From Octopus vulgaris (taxonomy: Eukaryota): a DNA stretch of 64,000 bases. The notes beneath the pieces were generated by a model. It was not told the origin of the DNA. It made no database searches and saw only the letters and a program-made list of their open reading frames with translations. The position numbers and the translations under genes are program-made. Where the stretch lies: NCBI GenBank assembly GCA_951406725.2, contig OX597818.1, positions 105,214,001-105,278,000 of the forward strand, in the 5' to 3' direction. How positions within the stretch are numbered: the stretch's first letter is position 1; each line of letters begins with the position of its first letter. Positions 37,186-49,740 of this stretch are shown piece after piece.

Positions 37186-38084
37186 GATAAAACACAATGC
37201 TTTCCTCCACATCCTTGCTACCAAGCAGGTGGCCAGTCAAAATTAGCTCCAAATTAAAGAAAAAAAAAAAAAAAAAGAGAAAATGCACACACACACATTC
37301 ATACATATTCTCTGTAACTTACTGTAAAAAAATGTTTCCTGATAACCTGTTCGGGTTAAGCATCCAAATGCACTTGGAACATCTAACACATATAAACTTT
37401 ATCAACTGTACATACTCAGTGTATATGTTTGGTTGTTCACTGGTTCACTACAGTATAGCACTTGAGGTAACAAATCCCTCATAATGCTGGGTGTTAAAAC
37501 AACTGAAAGTCATAGACAGGCAAGACAACTTACCTCCGATTGAATGGTGGAGTGCAAATGATCTGAGAGATAAAAGAGAAATCAATACAACATTATGATA
37601 TCTATAAAGAGTATCAGTTACATAAAGGGGTCCCAGTCATGTTACATCTATTCATTCTCTTAACTAACAACATTCATTATAGCTGTCTTTCATCTCTCTC
37701 TCCTACCAATTTCTCACCCATTTGCGTGGGAAAGAGAAGAATGAATACTCAAATACAGCATAAGAAAGAAGAGGAATATCTTTAATGTTACTAGGGACAA
37801 AGCAATCTCTCCCACATCAGTGAATGAATGAAGTAGAGAGAATTTGTTAGTTGTGTCTGCAACAAGACAACCACTCAAATGTTAGTGCCATGTTAAAATG
37901 CACCTAGTACACTCTATAATGTGGCTGGTGATAGATAGACAGGGCATTCAACATGCGAAAAATTAATTGTACATGCAAGACATAATCTTGCATATACATC
38001 TAAGAGGACAATAAGCTCAAATAACGGACTCAAATAGCGGTAACATATCCAATCCATGCTAATACAGTAAAACAAATGTAAAGT

Positions 38085-38840
38085 CATCATCATCATCAAT
38101 TAACATCCATTTTTCATGCTAGCATGTGTTGAATGGTTTGACAGGAATTGGCATACCAGAGCAGTACACCAAGCCCAATTGTCTGCTTTGGCATATTTTC
38201 TACAGCTGGATGGTCTTCCTACAGTGTATTGGCTGTTTTTCACATGGTACCAGCATTGATGCTTTTAACATGGCACCAGTGCCAGCTGGTTTGCCAAGTA
38301 ACTTGCAAGATAAAGACCTCACAGCTGGGAAATGGAGTGGTACTGAGGGAGATGGCTTTGTGCCAGTTGAGAGGTTAAAGTATAATAGAGAGCTAGAGAC
38401 AGGTGTCTTACTATAGAGAAGATACTTAGCTACCCCAATAGGAAAAGAAAGGGGAGGGAAGAGAGCCGGACACGGTGGGGGGGGAGTAAGAGAAAGGAAA
38501 ATAGTCATGGAAATGTATTGGAGGTGGATGGAACACCCACAATATATAGTGGGGGTAAATATAGGTGGGGGAGAGGGGAATGTTTCATAGGAGTGTGAGG
38601 GGAAATGTTTAGAAATGGGGAAGAGGTGACTGTAACAAGTGATGGTGAGAGAAATTGGAGTGGCTGGTGGGAGTCTGTAGTAGCCATGTGAGGGCATAGA
38701 GTGTGGGGGTATGCATGTGAGGGAAAGTGAAGGGGCATGCAGCAGGTGGTGGTCATGGGTGGGAGAAAGGGAGTGTTGGGAAGATGGATTGAGGGGTGAC
38801 AAACTGCTTGTGGTTGTAGTAGGGTGGTGGTGGTGGAGGA
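38085..38840 (-). mobile_element. RTE 3'UTR and tail fragment (inverse of 30520-31250); shorter + copy at 44520-44955
   Basis: G-rich stretch, ccaagtaacttgcaaga and the (CAT)n tail. Confidence 0.75.
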
Positions 38841-39160
38841 AACACAGCCATAACAATAATAAAAATAATTCTTTCTACTATAGGCACAAGAAGCCTGAAA
38901 TTTGGAGGTAAGGTGCTAGTCAATTACTTAGAACTAGTTCTTATTTTTATCAACTTTGATAGAATTAAAAACAAAGTCAACCTTAGTAGCTTTCGAACTC
39001 AGAATGTAAAACCAAAATTGCTTGGCCATGCTATTGATCTCTAATCTTGATGTAGAGATGAATGTAGACCTCAGTCCCCACCACTGCACCCTACATTCCT
39101 GCAAACGGAAAGAAAAGTGATATATCTGGTACTAGGGAAGATCCTCAACCGCAAAATTAA

Positions 39161-39412
39161 CCCTTTTCACACTAACCCATCTAAGAGCAATTGACAATAC
39201 AAAATCTCTTGAGCTAAAATGTTTATAACTAAAGTAAAAACTTCCAGCATGATTTTACAAAAGAAACTTTTGTTAAATTGTTACAAATACTATTTTGATA
39301 ATATAAAAGGTTAATTATTTTAGTAAATCTATCAAAATTCTTGATTATTTTCAAAATTAATAAAAACACATACAGGTAGTGTGTTTCATTAGAAATATGG
39401 CATTTGAAAGGG
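39161..39412. mobile_element. piggyBac-type MITE
   Basis: TTAA|CCCTTTT...AAAGGG|TTAA; interior similar to 21462-21677. Confidence 0.75.
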
Positions 39413-39455
39413 TTAATAATTTGTTCTCTTTTCAGTAAAAAAAAAAAATGCTTAA

Positions 39456-39669
39456 CCCTTTAGCATTTAAACTGGCCACATCCAGTCCAAACATTCTACC
39501 TGTTTTGCATTCAAACCAACCAAATTTAGCCTCTCACAGCTACCCTAAAATGTTATTCTAAAAATAAATGGTCACATCATTAAAATTTCATAGCTATGAA
39601 ATAATGTATGATTAATTCAAAATAATGTAATCATATAAGCATTACATTTGACAGAGTAATATGAAAGGG
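39456..39669. mobile_element. piggyBac-type MITE (second subfamily)
   Basis: TTAA|CCCTTTAGCATT...ATGAAAGGG|TTAA. Confidence 0.78.
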
Positions 39670-39821
39670 TTAAATAAAGTAAATTTCAGTAAAATATTCA
39701 TTTGTGGTCAATGATCCACTATCAACAGTTCCCTCTCACTCATTACTTTTCACTCTGAGTATTAATTTTAGCACAGACAGTCAATATACTACCGCTACCT
39801 CTTGCCAGCTGAGCTTCAACA

Positions 39822-40080
39822 CTTTCCAAGCATGGAACAGACTGCCGGCATCGGTTGTTAGTTGTCAGAGCACTGCATCCTTCAAAACTTCCATGCTTCC
39901 TGAGATTCGCCAACACTACACCTGATTTTCTCCCCTCCATACACACGCAAGCATGTATCTGATTCATACACTGTTCGCTTTCCAGACATTTGTACATTAC
40001 TGCATATACTTTATATGCACATTTTGACAAGTTGTGGTGCACCTGAGCACTGTATACAATAATTTCATTATTATTATTAT
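39822..40080 (+). mobile_element. CR1/L2-type LINE 3' end
   Basis: AWNRLPASVVSCQSTASFKT (typical CR1 ORF2 C-terminus), short 3'UTR and (TAT)n tail. Confidence 0.8.
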
Positions 40081-40412
40081 CTTCACACCAAATTAGCTGA
40101 ATCAAAATACCACTAAAGTCAAATTTACTTTGCAGAGGTTAATAAAAAAATAAAAAAAATTAGGACTATAGATTGTCGGAACTGTGAGGAAATCAAATTG
40201 GATACCTTGCGGTATTTGTTCCAGCTTATTGCATTCTCAGTTCAAATCCTACTATGACCTACTTAGTCTGTTGCCTGGTTGAACACCCACTACCTAGGAT
40301 CATGGCTATCTTTAGCATAAGCTACTCTATTGCAAGTATTCTGACCAAGTCACTGGTTTGAGAATACTGTTTTCCCCCTCTCCCTCCCACCAGTCTTGGA
40401 GACCTTGTAAAG

Positions 40413-41291
40413 CAGTGGTTCTCAACTGGGGTTCATATAAGATTTTGTTGTTAAAATTTATCTGCAATAAATAGGTTATATATCAACAAAACACAAAATA
40501 ATTTAACAATTTTTTAGATACAATTCCTAATAATATTTAATCATAAAAATATATGACCTTTTAAACATCGAATGGCTACTAGGGTACATCTGAGTAAAAT
40601 AGAAACCAAACTTTTACTTGTGATGGCATTAACCCAGGGCGGGTTAAGCCGGCTTCTTCTCTGGTCCTGACAGCATCATGAACCATGGTGGCCCACGCTC
40701 GACGGTCCTGTGCAAGGTCACTGGAGATAGCGAGCCATCCGTGGTTCCATCTTCGCAGACCGACCACCTGCAGACCTGATAGTTCGGAGAGGTTCACCTT
40801 TAGCGAGCCATCCGTGGTTCCATCTGCGCAGACCGACCACCTGCGAACCTGAGAGTTTGGAGAGGTTCACCTTTATCGTTGTTGCCCAGGTCTTCAGCTG
40901 CCCACCCATGCATTTGCGCCAGTTGGGAAGTGGAGGTGGAAGGGGGACGTCGCAAATCAGCTCACTCTCTGGACACCAGGCCGCATGACCAAACCACCTT
41001 AAGCGCTGTTGTAGAAGCACCGAAGGGAGGGACTGGAGATTCAGGTGATGACAAAGACCGGCTGTAGGAACCCGATCAATGCGTCAGCAGCGAAGAATGC
41101 GGTGGAGACAGTCATTGTCAAACACCTCCAGCCTTTGCTGATCGACTACCCTCATAGGCCATGTTTCACAACCATAGAGGAGGATAGTACAAAAGATGGC
41201 CTGGTAGACTCGCCCTTTGGTAAAATAGAAACTGAGTAAAATAGAAACCAAAGGGTTCCATAGGTTAAAAAAATGGTTAAGAAACACAACT
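40413..41291. mobile_element. hAT-type MITE split by an RTE insertion
   Basis: Left end cagtggttctcaac and degenerate right end gttaagaaacac. A related right end ggttgagaaccac is at ~33590. Confidence 0.65.
40611..41231 (-). mobile_element. GC-rich RTE-clade LINE (distinct family), 5'-truncated, 21 bp TSD
   Basis: TKGRVYQAIFCTILLYGCETW...LEVFDNDCLHRIL and RLRWFGHA. TSD ctgagtaaaatagaaaccaaa at 40590-40610 and 41232-41252. Confidence 0.92.
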
Positions 41292-41846
41292 GTAAAGGGT
41301 CCTTCCATCCCTTCTGACTAAAACAAAAGAAGCACCAATAAAATTATCTACATTTTTTCCATGCCTGCACAAGTTTGTTAGTTGCATATTTTGACTAACA
41401 ACTCCATACAATCATTTTCACTATTTCCATTCATTCCCCCCACCCAACACAGACTAAACTTTGTCACCTGTGCCTAATGACCTTTACACTCACATTCATA
41501 CAATTCCAATCATAAACCATACATAGTGAACATTGTCCTGACAATACAAACAGTAAAGTTCTTTCTTCTCTTTTTTTCTTTTGTACATTACCTACACCCA
41601 TTTGTAATGTTTACCTCTCACCTTTTATATTTTCAGTGCTTTCTGAAACACACCCACTTGGAAATTTCTGTCTGCTCAGAAGGGTCAATCTCAATGCATC
41701 TGATTCCTTTCCTCATGGCATACAAACTTATCCAAACTGATGGCCTTGACTAAATATAATTTTGCCCTGTAAAGAGCACCATCAGTTTACTGTGATTCAG
41801 AAATTTTTCTTTACACACACACATTCCATATATATATGTATAGATA

Positions 41847-43077
41847 CATGGTGCGTAAGGTATTTGAGGACATACCATTTTTGGGTCATAGCTGCATTTT
41901 TTGCTAACTCTGTATAACCTTTGTTTTAGAAAATAATAATGGCAGACCCTCAGCTTACTCAAGAAATGAAGAGGCTTGCTGTTATTGTGGTTATAAAGGC
42001 TGAGCATAATGATTTAGAAATATCTTGGTTTTTAAAAGTTGCTAGATCTTTTGTCTACAAAGTTTGTAAGGAGCTAGAGATTGAAAATGGAAACATATCA
42101 CCAGTATCAAAGCATAAAAAGCATTCTAAACACTCTGAACACCTGAATTTATCCAGCAACTTCAACAAACCATTGATTACAATCCCAGAAAGTCCATGAG
42201 ATCAATTGCAAAAGATCTCCATGTGTCAGAAGGAACGGTCAGAAATGTTGTCCACAAAGACATCAGATATAAGTCTTATATGATGAGGAAAAGTCAATTT
42301 GTCAGAAAAAGCAAAAGAAAATCACTACATCAGATCTAAAAGGCTCTTAAACAAACTGAAAAACCCAGCAGAAGAAAATTTGATTTGGTTTTCCCAAACA
42401 AGAAAAGCTTTGACAAGATGAAAAAGTTAACAGAAGAAATGGCAGAGGGTTATGTGCAGTCCCTTCTGAAGCTCCAAATGTTATGCATACAAAATCTCCT
42501 GCAGCTGTCATGGTTTTAGAGGTTGTCAGCAATGAAGGACATGTGATGCCTCCTTACTTCTTTCCACAAGGCCTTAGAGTTAACTTTGCCACCTACATTG
42601 AGGTCCTGGAAATAATTGTTAAGCCCTGGATAGACAGTGTATGCAATGGAAGGCCATATGTGTTTCAATAAGACACTGCACTATCACACGTGGCTCTAGT
42701 AACGCAGGAATGGATGGCTGAAAAATTTCATGATCACATAACCCCTAACATTTGGCATCCTAATTCCCCAGATCTGAATCCATGTGGAGCGTTGTTGAGA
42801 GAGAGGCCAATGAACATGCCCATAACACCAAAGATTCTTTGACAGTTGCCATAGTCAGAGTAATGTCCAAAATGAACCAGGACTACTTGATTTGAGCATG
42901 TAGATGATATAGTTCTCATATGGAAGCAGTTCTTGAAGCTGAAGGTGGCTTTATTGAATAACATTATAGAAAAGGTTTATTTTTATCCTCATAGCATTTT
43001 TGATAAATAAAGTTATTATCTATTATATATGTCTTTTTATAAAGATAAATCTGTCCTCAAATATCTTATGCACCCTG
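41847..43077 (+). mobile_element. maT (DD37D) Tc1/mariner transposon, degraded
   Basis: TIR ca.ggtgc.taag.tatttgaggaca with TA flanks. VMVLEVVSNEGHVMPP, YVFQ*DTALSH...WHPNSPDLNP. Confidence 0.92.
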
Positions 43078-43229
43078 TATATATGACAAAGAACAAAAAG
43101 TGAAATACAAAAGACAGTAAGCGAATAAGTTTACAATGTTATAAGGAAGAATAGAGGTAGTGGCTATAAAGTCTTGGACATTTTCCAGATAGTGAGAAAA
43201 GTGGGGTGGAGAAAGGACAGAGATGCAGT

Positions 43230-44310
43230 TAATTTGATGGGCTCAGATTAGGGCAGTTGGACAAAAGCAGAGAGTGTTCACATCAAACGAAGAAAAAACT
43301 ATGTATTGTGACTAGGTTTTGAAGTCTTGGTTGCAGCTGCACAGATAGCAGGGTGGGGTGGCTATGAGTAAGGGAAAACCCATCTGGTGAGCAAGTGGAT
43401 GGAGAAGGTAAAATTAAAGCAGGGGTGGGAGTCAGTGGGTTTATAGAAGGTAGTGGGGGGGGGGGGGCAAAGTGTGTTCAAGATGATTGATGGAGATTTC
43501 TGGGATGATAGAGGTGGATTTGAGAAATGAGTGGCATGAGTTGATAATGAGATGAAAGTTTTCAGCTGTCCGCAGAAAAGGGAGGCAACACCAATACAGT
43601 TGTCTATATAGTGACTGTTCAGAACCTCACTGTTACCAACAAATAGGTCAGCATAGCTGGAAACAAGATTGCAGACCTCACCTGTGAAACGGAAGCAGTC
43701 AAGATTAAGTACTAGTTCAGCTATCCAGAGAAAGGATAGAGAATGGTGTGAAGATTAAGGAAGTACTAGAAAGTCAGGAGACCATTGCTGTGGGGAATAA
43801 TAGTGTAGAGGGATTTAGTGTTCATAGTGAAGTGGAGGTAGGAAGAACCAAAATGGAAGGAAAAAAAAATTGAATAGTCAAAGAGCAAGGTTGGTGTAAT
43901 GGATGTGAAACATGAAGGAAACATCTAAAGATGAAAAGATGAGGTTGAGGTACTAAGATATCAATTCAGACAAGCAGTTAGGGACAGAGAACATAGGAAG
44001 CAAGGGCTGTCAGGTTTATGAATTTTGAGGAGGAAACATGCCAGAGGTGCATAGTGTTAGGACAGTGAGGGTAGTTGCAGTGGGAAAAGGTGGAGTTGAG
44101 TTCAGGAATGGTGGATAAGGTGTTGTGGAGCAAGAGGCAGTAGCAGGAATCTTGCAAAGCTGTTGAAGCACCTATACTCTGTAGACGTTAATGCACCATA
44201 CCATCACAGCTCCACCCTTGTCAGATAGTTTTATAAAAATGTCCTGGCATCGGAATTTATGAAGATCTGAAATTTTGGACCAAGTGATGTTGAAGCATTG
44301 AAAACACATG
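43230..44310 (-). mobile_element. Degraded Penelope-like reverse transcriptase fragment
   Basis: - strand DIFIKLSDKGGAVM (~44200-44245, PLE DKG motif) and FTMNTKSLYT..IPHSNGL (~43780-43830). Confidence 0.75.
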
Positions 44311-45927
44311 GAAGATAAATCAGTTTACACTAGTGTTGCATATGGTAACAAACAAGTCTAGGCTGCTGAACTGGCATGGCAGCAGCAACCAGTCAGATGG
44401 ACAGTGACCCAGGTCCAAAAAGCAATACTGATTGCAGAATTTTGCAAAAAAAAAAAATCACAGTTTCATCTAATGCAGAGACTGCTCAACATTGATAAAA
44501 CACATTCACACACATACTACTCTCTCACTCTCTTGGTCATGTACCTCCTCTATAGCAAGACATCTGTTTCTACCTCTCTGTCACATTCTAATCTTTCATC
44601 ATCTGATAAAAGATCACCTCCTCCAAAGCCTATTCTTCTCTCAAAATATCTTGTCTTGCAAGTTACTTGGTGACCTTGCTGGTGCTGGTGCCACATAAAA
44701 AGCATTCAGTTCACACTGTGAAGCGGTTGGCATTTGGAAGGACATCTAGTTGTAAAAACCATGCCAAAACTGACCTTGCCTGTGCTGGTGCCACGTAAAA
44801 AGCACTGTCCACTCTAGTGTGGTTGGTGTTAGGAAGGGCATCCAGCCATAAAAAGCATGCCAAAACAGACACAGTAGCTTGGTGTAGTCTTCTACTTGGC
44901 AGGCTTCTGTCAAACCATCCAATCCATGGAAGACAGACGTTAAATGGTGATGATAATGGCATAAACACAATTGCAAATACATTATATATATGTGTGTTTT
45001 CTATCACAGCCCACTGACCAAAGCCTTGCAAGCAGATCTGGTTGACAGAAATTGGAAGAAGCCTGTCATACATATGCATGTGCATCTTATGTGAATGTGT
45101 ACATATTTCACCTTGTCATCACGTTTGGGGATTGTAAACAATAACCGCACAAATAAACAATATCGTTTGTTTTGCAGTCCACCACAAAAACATGCCCAGG
45201 TTTCTAGACATTGTGCAATCATTGTACATCATAAGGCTCATTCAACTGATGTTGCTTGTTTCCAGTTCTCTGTATAACCAGATCTGGGCTGTTTGTTGTT
45301 TAATAGACAGGAGATCATTACTTTGCTAGGAAGCAAGTGAGACTGGCATCATGAAGGGCCACTAGCCATAGAAAATTTGACCCCAATTACACTCTCGTCT
45401 GACCCATGCAAGCATGGAAAAGTAGACATGACATGATGATGATGATATATACATATACTACATTACCTTCTACTTGTTTTAGTCATTGGACTGTGGCCAT
45501 ACTGGGGCACTATCTTGAAGGGTTTAATCAAACAAATTGACACAAGACTTTTTTTAAAGTTTTGCACTTATTCTATTAGTCTCTTTTGTTGAACTGCCAA
45601 GTTAAGAGGACATAAACAAACCAACACCAGTTATCTAGTGTGCGCACACACACATAAATTTATATATAAACAATGGGCTTCTTTCAGTTTCCATCTACCA
45701 AATCCACTCACAAGGCATTTGCCCAAGGTATCACACTGTGAGACTGAACTTAGATCCATGTGGTTGGAAGTAAACTTCTTACCCAACAGTCATACTTGTG
45801 CAGACAGACAGATATAATACATATATACACATGCATTAAATACATACATACATACACATACATGCATATATCCATACAAATATATTAGAGAAAATGATAG
45901 CCTTTTATAGTTCTAAATATAGTTTAA

Positions 45928-46138
45928 CCCTTTCATTACTGTATTTATTTGAGATGCTCTGTGTTTCTTTCAATTACTTTAAATATAACAAAGAGTTTAG
46001 TAAAATAACTTAGTTATCATTAAACTAGTGTTAGGAACATAAATTGTGACTAAGGTTTGGTGGAAGATTTTAATTCAAAACTTATGAAAACAAGACTCAG
46101 GGCCAGAGCCAGTTTCAGCCAAGTTGGTAACGAAAGGG
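45928..46138. mobile_element. piggyBac-type MITE, opposite orientation to 21462-21677
   Basis: TTAA|CCCTTTCATTAC...GTAACGAAAGGG|TTAA. Confidence 0.82.
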
Positions 46139-46652
46139 TTAACAGTGAGAAGTAAAAAAAAAAAAAAAGAAGCACTTTGATAGTATTGACTATATTTATT
46201 ATATATTATATTCTATTATTTACTGGGGTTTTATATTTTTGATTTTGCTCTGTGTATGTACAAATTTTTCATAGACGGAGTGTAAGTCCATTGCAGATTC
46301 TCCTAGAACTGATTTATGACTGCAAATGCAATCAATGGTAGAAAGGGAAAGAAGGAAAAAAAAGGAGAAAAATTGATAAAATAAAATTTTAGAAAATCAT
46401 GCAAAAACTGGGTGTGTGCATATGAAATAGATATGTAAAAAAAATGTATGCAGACATTTTTTCTTTCTTTCTTCTTTCGCCTTGTTGTCAAAAATAAACC
46501 ATATTATATATATATATATATATATCAAAAAGGAAAACTATAATTGTCATTAAATATGACTGAGGGTGTTAGTTATAGTTTTCCTTTTTGGTACACATTT
46601 GCTTACTGCTGGCCAAATCAATTATGGATTTTATGCTGTGTGTGTGTGTATA

Positions 46653-47899
46653 CAGGGTGTCCCAAAATTAAAGCAACCAATATTTTTCAATTTTGTCAAA
46701 AGCAAAATATTGTTATATTTTAGGTCCAAGTGTTGCAATGCAATGGTAAAGGAAATACAATTATAACACTACTGCATTTATTCTTTATGACTACCTCTGT
46801 TTCAAATCACAGCCTTAAATCTAGGTGTGAATGCTTCATGCATGGCACGCAACTGTTCTTGCAGAATCAAAGTTCATTCCTTATGCAGTTTTGCCTTCAG
46901 AGTGTCGGGCAAAGCATGAGGAGTGCTCAAGACCCTCATCTCCGAAATAAACCAAACAGAAAAATCCAACAAGTTGAGATCGGGACCCTCTTTAGGGCCA
47001 TATATCCTTGCCTATGTATGATGGAATGTTTTTCAGAATCCAGTGTTGTGTCTGTTTGGTGCTGAGTTCTGAAGGAGGCTCCAAGGTATGGAAGCAGTTC
47101 AGTTTCCAGAATGTCACCAACATTGGGTGTTAATTTTAACACCCAAGGACACAAAAACGATGGGGAGACCTTCCAGTAGCTGTCACAGCTACCCAAACCA
47201 TAACTGACTGTGGATTTTGATATTGATTCACGAATATACTTTCAAAGGAGCCAGATACATTCAAGAGTCAGTCATTCTGGTGGTTTACTGTCTGTTTGAT
47301 ATCAAATTTCTTTTTGTCAGTGAACACCAGGTTGGGCAGCATGCCTTCAGCAATCTGACACAGAATAGGAAACTTCTCTCCAGTTTCATGGCCTTATAAA
47401 CATGTGTGAGTGAGCTCATGATGGTGGATCAACTTGTAGGAGTGGGTCTCGAGATCCTTCTTCAGCACTTGATACATCAATGTTCAACTTATTTTTGCTG
47501 TGGTAGCCAGTTTTCTGATGGAATGATGAGGATTTTGCTATATGATTTCTTTGGTACTTTTGATAAACTGAGGGGGTCTATACACTTCTTTTTCAGTCAT
47601 GTCCAGGTTGATCAGTGGTGGAACCAGTCTCTTGAAATTTCTTGACAATTTTCCAGACTGTTGTTTGGTTAATTTTAAGCTTTTCTGCTATAACTGTATT
47701 ACTTTCACTTCTTTTGTGGAACGTTATGATTGTGTTTCAGTCTATAGCCATTATCTATTTTATAAATCTGAATTTATTTAGTCTGATTCAAAGAGAAGAC
47801 ATACTATGTTTTTATGATGTATAATTTTCATATCTTATCACATTTATTGATAGTTATTAAATCCTGAAACTTTGGTTGCCTTAATTTCAGAACACCCTG
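46653..47899 (-). mobile_element. maT-like Tc1/mariner transposon, degraded
   Basis: TIR cagggtgt.c..aaattaa.gcaacc at both ends. - frame WILKNIPSYIGKDIWP*RGPDLNLLDFSVW. Confidence 0.85.
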
Positions 47900-47947
47900 T
47901 GTATATATATATATATATACATACATACATACATACATACTTACAAA

Positions 47948-49201
47948 CAAGGTGTGATGGGTAAATTGTCGCCATTTTATAATTTTAATTTCGTGCATGC
48001 GCATTGTTTGTTTTTGATTTTGTTGACTACACAATATAGTAGGGTCAGTTGGGCACCATCTATGAAAAAAATAGCACCATGACGCAATTCATTGACAGAA
48101 ATTTGGAAATGACATGCTATACTGCTTGGCATTCATGCTAGAAGCTCCAATATGAACATTTCAAAGTGTTTGAGTGTCAATCCGAATACAGTGCAGAGGA
48201 TTTGGAAAGAGTTAGATGAGTCTAATGGTGATTACAAAGGTACGGCAGCTCAGAAAACTCACTGTGATAAGAAAAGAACTCCTGAATTTGTTGGTGAGAT
48301 CCAGGCTATGATTGACAACAATCCCTCCAAGTCAATCAGGTCCGTCACCAGGGAGATGAGAGTGTTTGAGTTTCTTATCAGGCAGGTAGTGCATGAAGAC
48401 ATTCGGTATTCCTCATACAAGATGAGAAAGGACCAATTTTTATCCCAAGCCATCAAGGACAAGAGAAAAGATGGTGCTACAAAGCTTTTGAACAAACTCA
48501 AGCAATTCCCCTCCAACTGAACATGCTTTGGTTTTTCCCAGACAAGAAAAATTTCTGCCAGAATCAGATGGCGAACACACAGAACTGTTGGCTTGCTGTG
48601 TCCCCAAAATATGTAACGGGAGTGGTAAAAATCAAACATCCAGTCAACATCATGGTGTTTGGAGAGATCACTAGCAATGGCAACATTATGCCTCCATTCA
48701 TCTTCCCACACAGCCTCAGACTCAACATGGAGGCCTACATCAAGTACCTGGAAGAGATACAGCTACCCTGGGTCAAGAGAATAGCTGCTGGAAGACCCTA
48801 TGTATGGCAACAGGACCTCTGCACCATACCACACAAGCAGGGGAACCCAGTTGTGGCTGTTAGACAATTTCTGCGACCACATCACCCCTAACATATGGCC
48901 ACCTAGCTCCCCACACTGCAACTCACTTGATTATTATGTGTGGGGCACAGTTGAGAGAGACTAACAAAACTCCTTGTAACACCAAAGATGAACTCAAAGC
49001 AAGGATTATGGCAGCATTCACCAACATAAACAAAGAGACCATCCAGAAGAGTAGCAGGAAATTCCAAAGTTGCCTGGAGGCTGTGGTATTTTATTAAATA
49101 AATTTACTCTTTAGTATTTCAAGATATTTTTATGTAAGTTTGGTAAATATACCTGTTAAAATGAGACGCCTGTGTTATTTTCATTTATTCACTGCACCCT
49201 G
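47948..49201 (+). mobile_element. maT (DD37D-type) transposon, third family, degraded
   Basis: WFFPDKKNFCQ, IMVFGEITSNG, YVWQQD...HITPNIWPPSSPHCNSLDYYVW. Ends caaggtgtg... and ...gcaccctg|TA. Confidence 0.88.
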
Positions 49202-49740
49202 TATGTATGTGTGTATATAGATATATATACATATATATATGTACACATAGTGTGTGTGTGTATATATATATATATACACACACACAGACACACACAATAT
49301 ATATATATACAAACACATATCTTCAACTATAGCCTTGATCCAACCAAAGCCTTGTGAGTGGATTTAGTAAATGGAAACTGAAAGAAGCCTGTTGTGTATA
49401 TGTGTGTATATGTATGTATGTATTTGTGTCTGTGCTTGTCCCTGCCACCACATATATATATATTTATATAGCTATCTATATAGATGTAGTGCGTGTGTAT
49501 ATTTATCTATCTAGACATATACGTATATATGCAGGAGTGGCTGTGTGGTAAGAATATATATGTGTGTGTGTGTGTGTGTGTGCATGTGTATGTATATATT
49601 CGTGTGTCTGTGTTTGTCCCCCCAACATCAATAGAGACCGATAGAATAAGTACTAGGCTTACAAAGAATAAGTCCTGGGGTTGTTCCAGCATGACTACAG
49701 TCAAGTGACTGAAACAAGTAAAAGAATATATATATATATA

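Noticed and set aside
38200-38856. 218 aa Pro/Ser/His-rich minus-strand ORF
   Set aside because: Lies in the C-rich strand of an RTE 3'UTR, where stops are compositionally rare.
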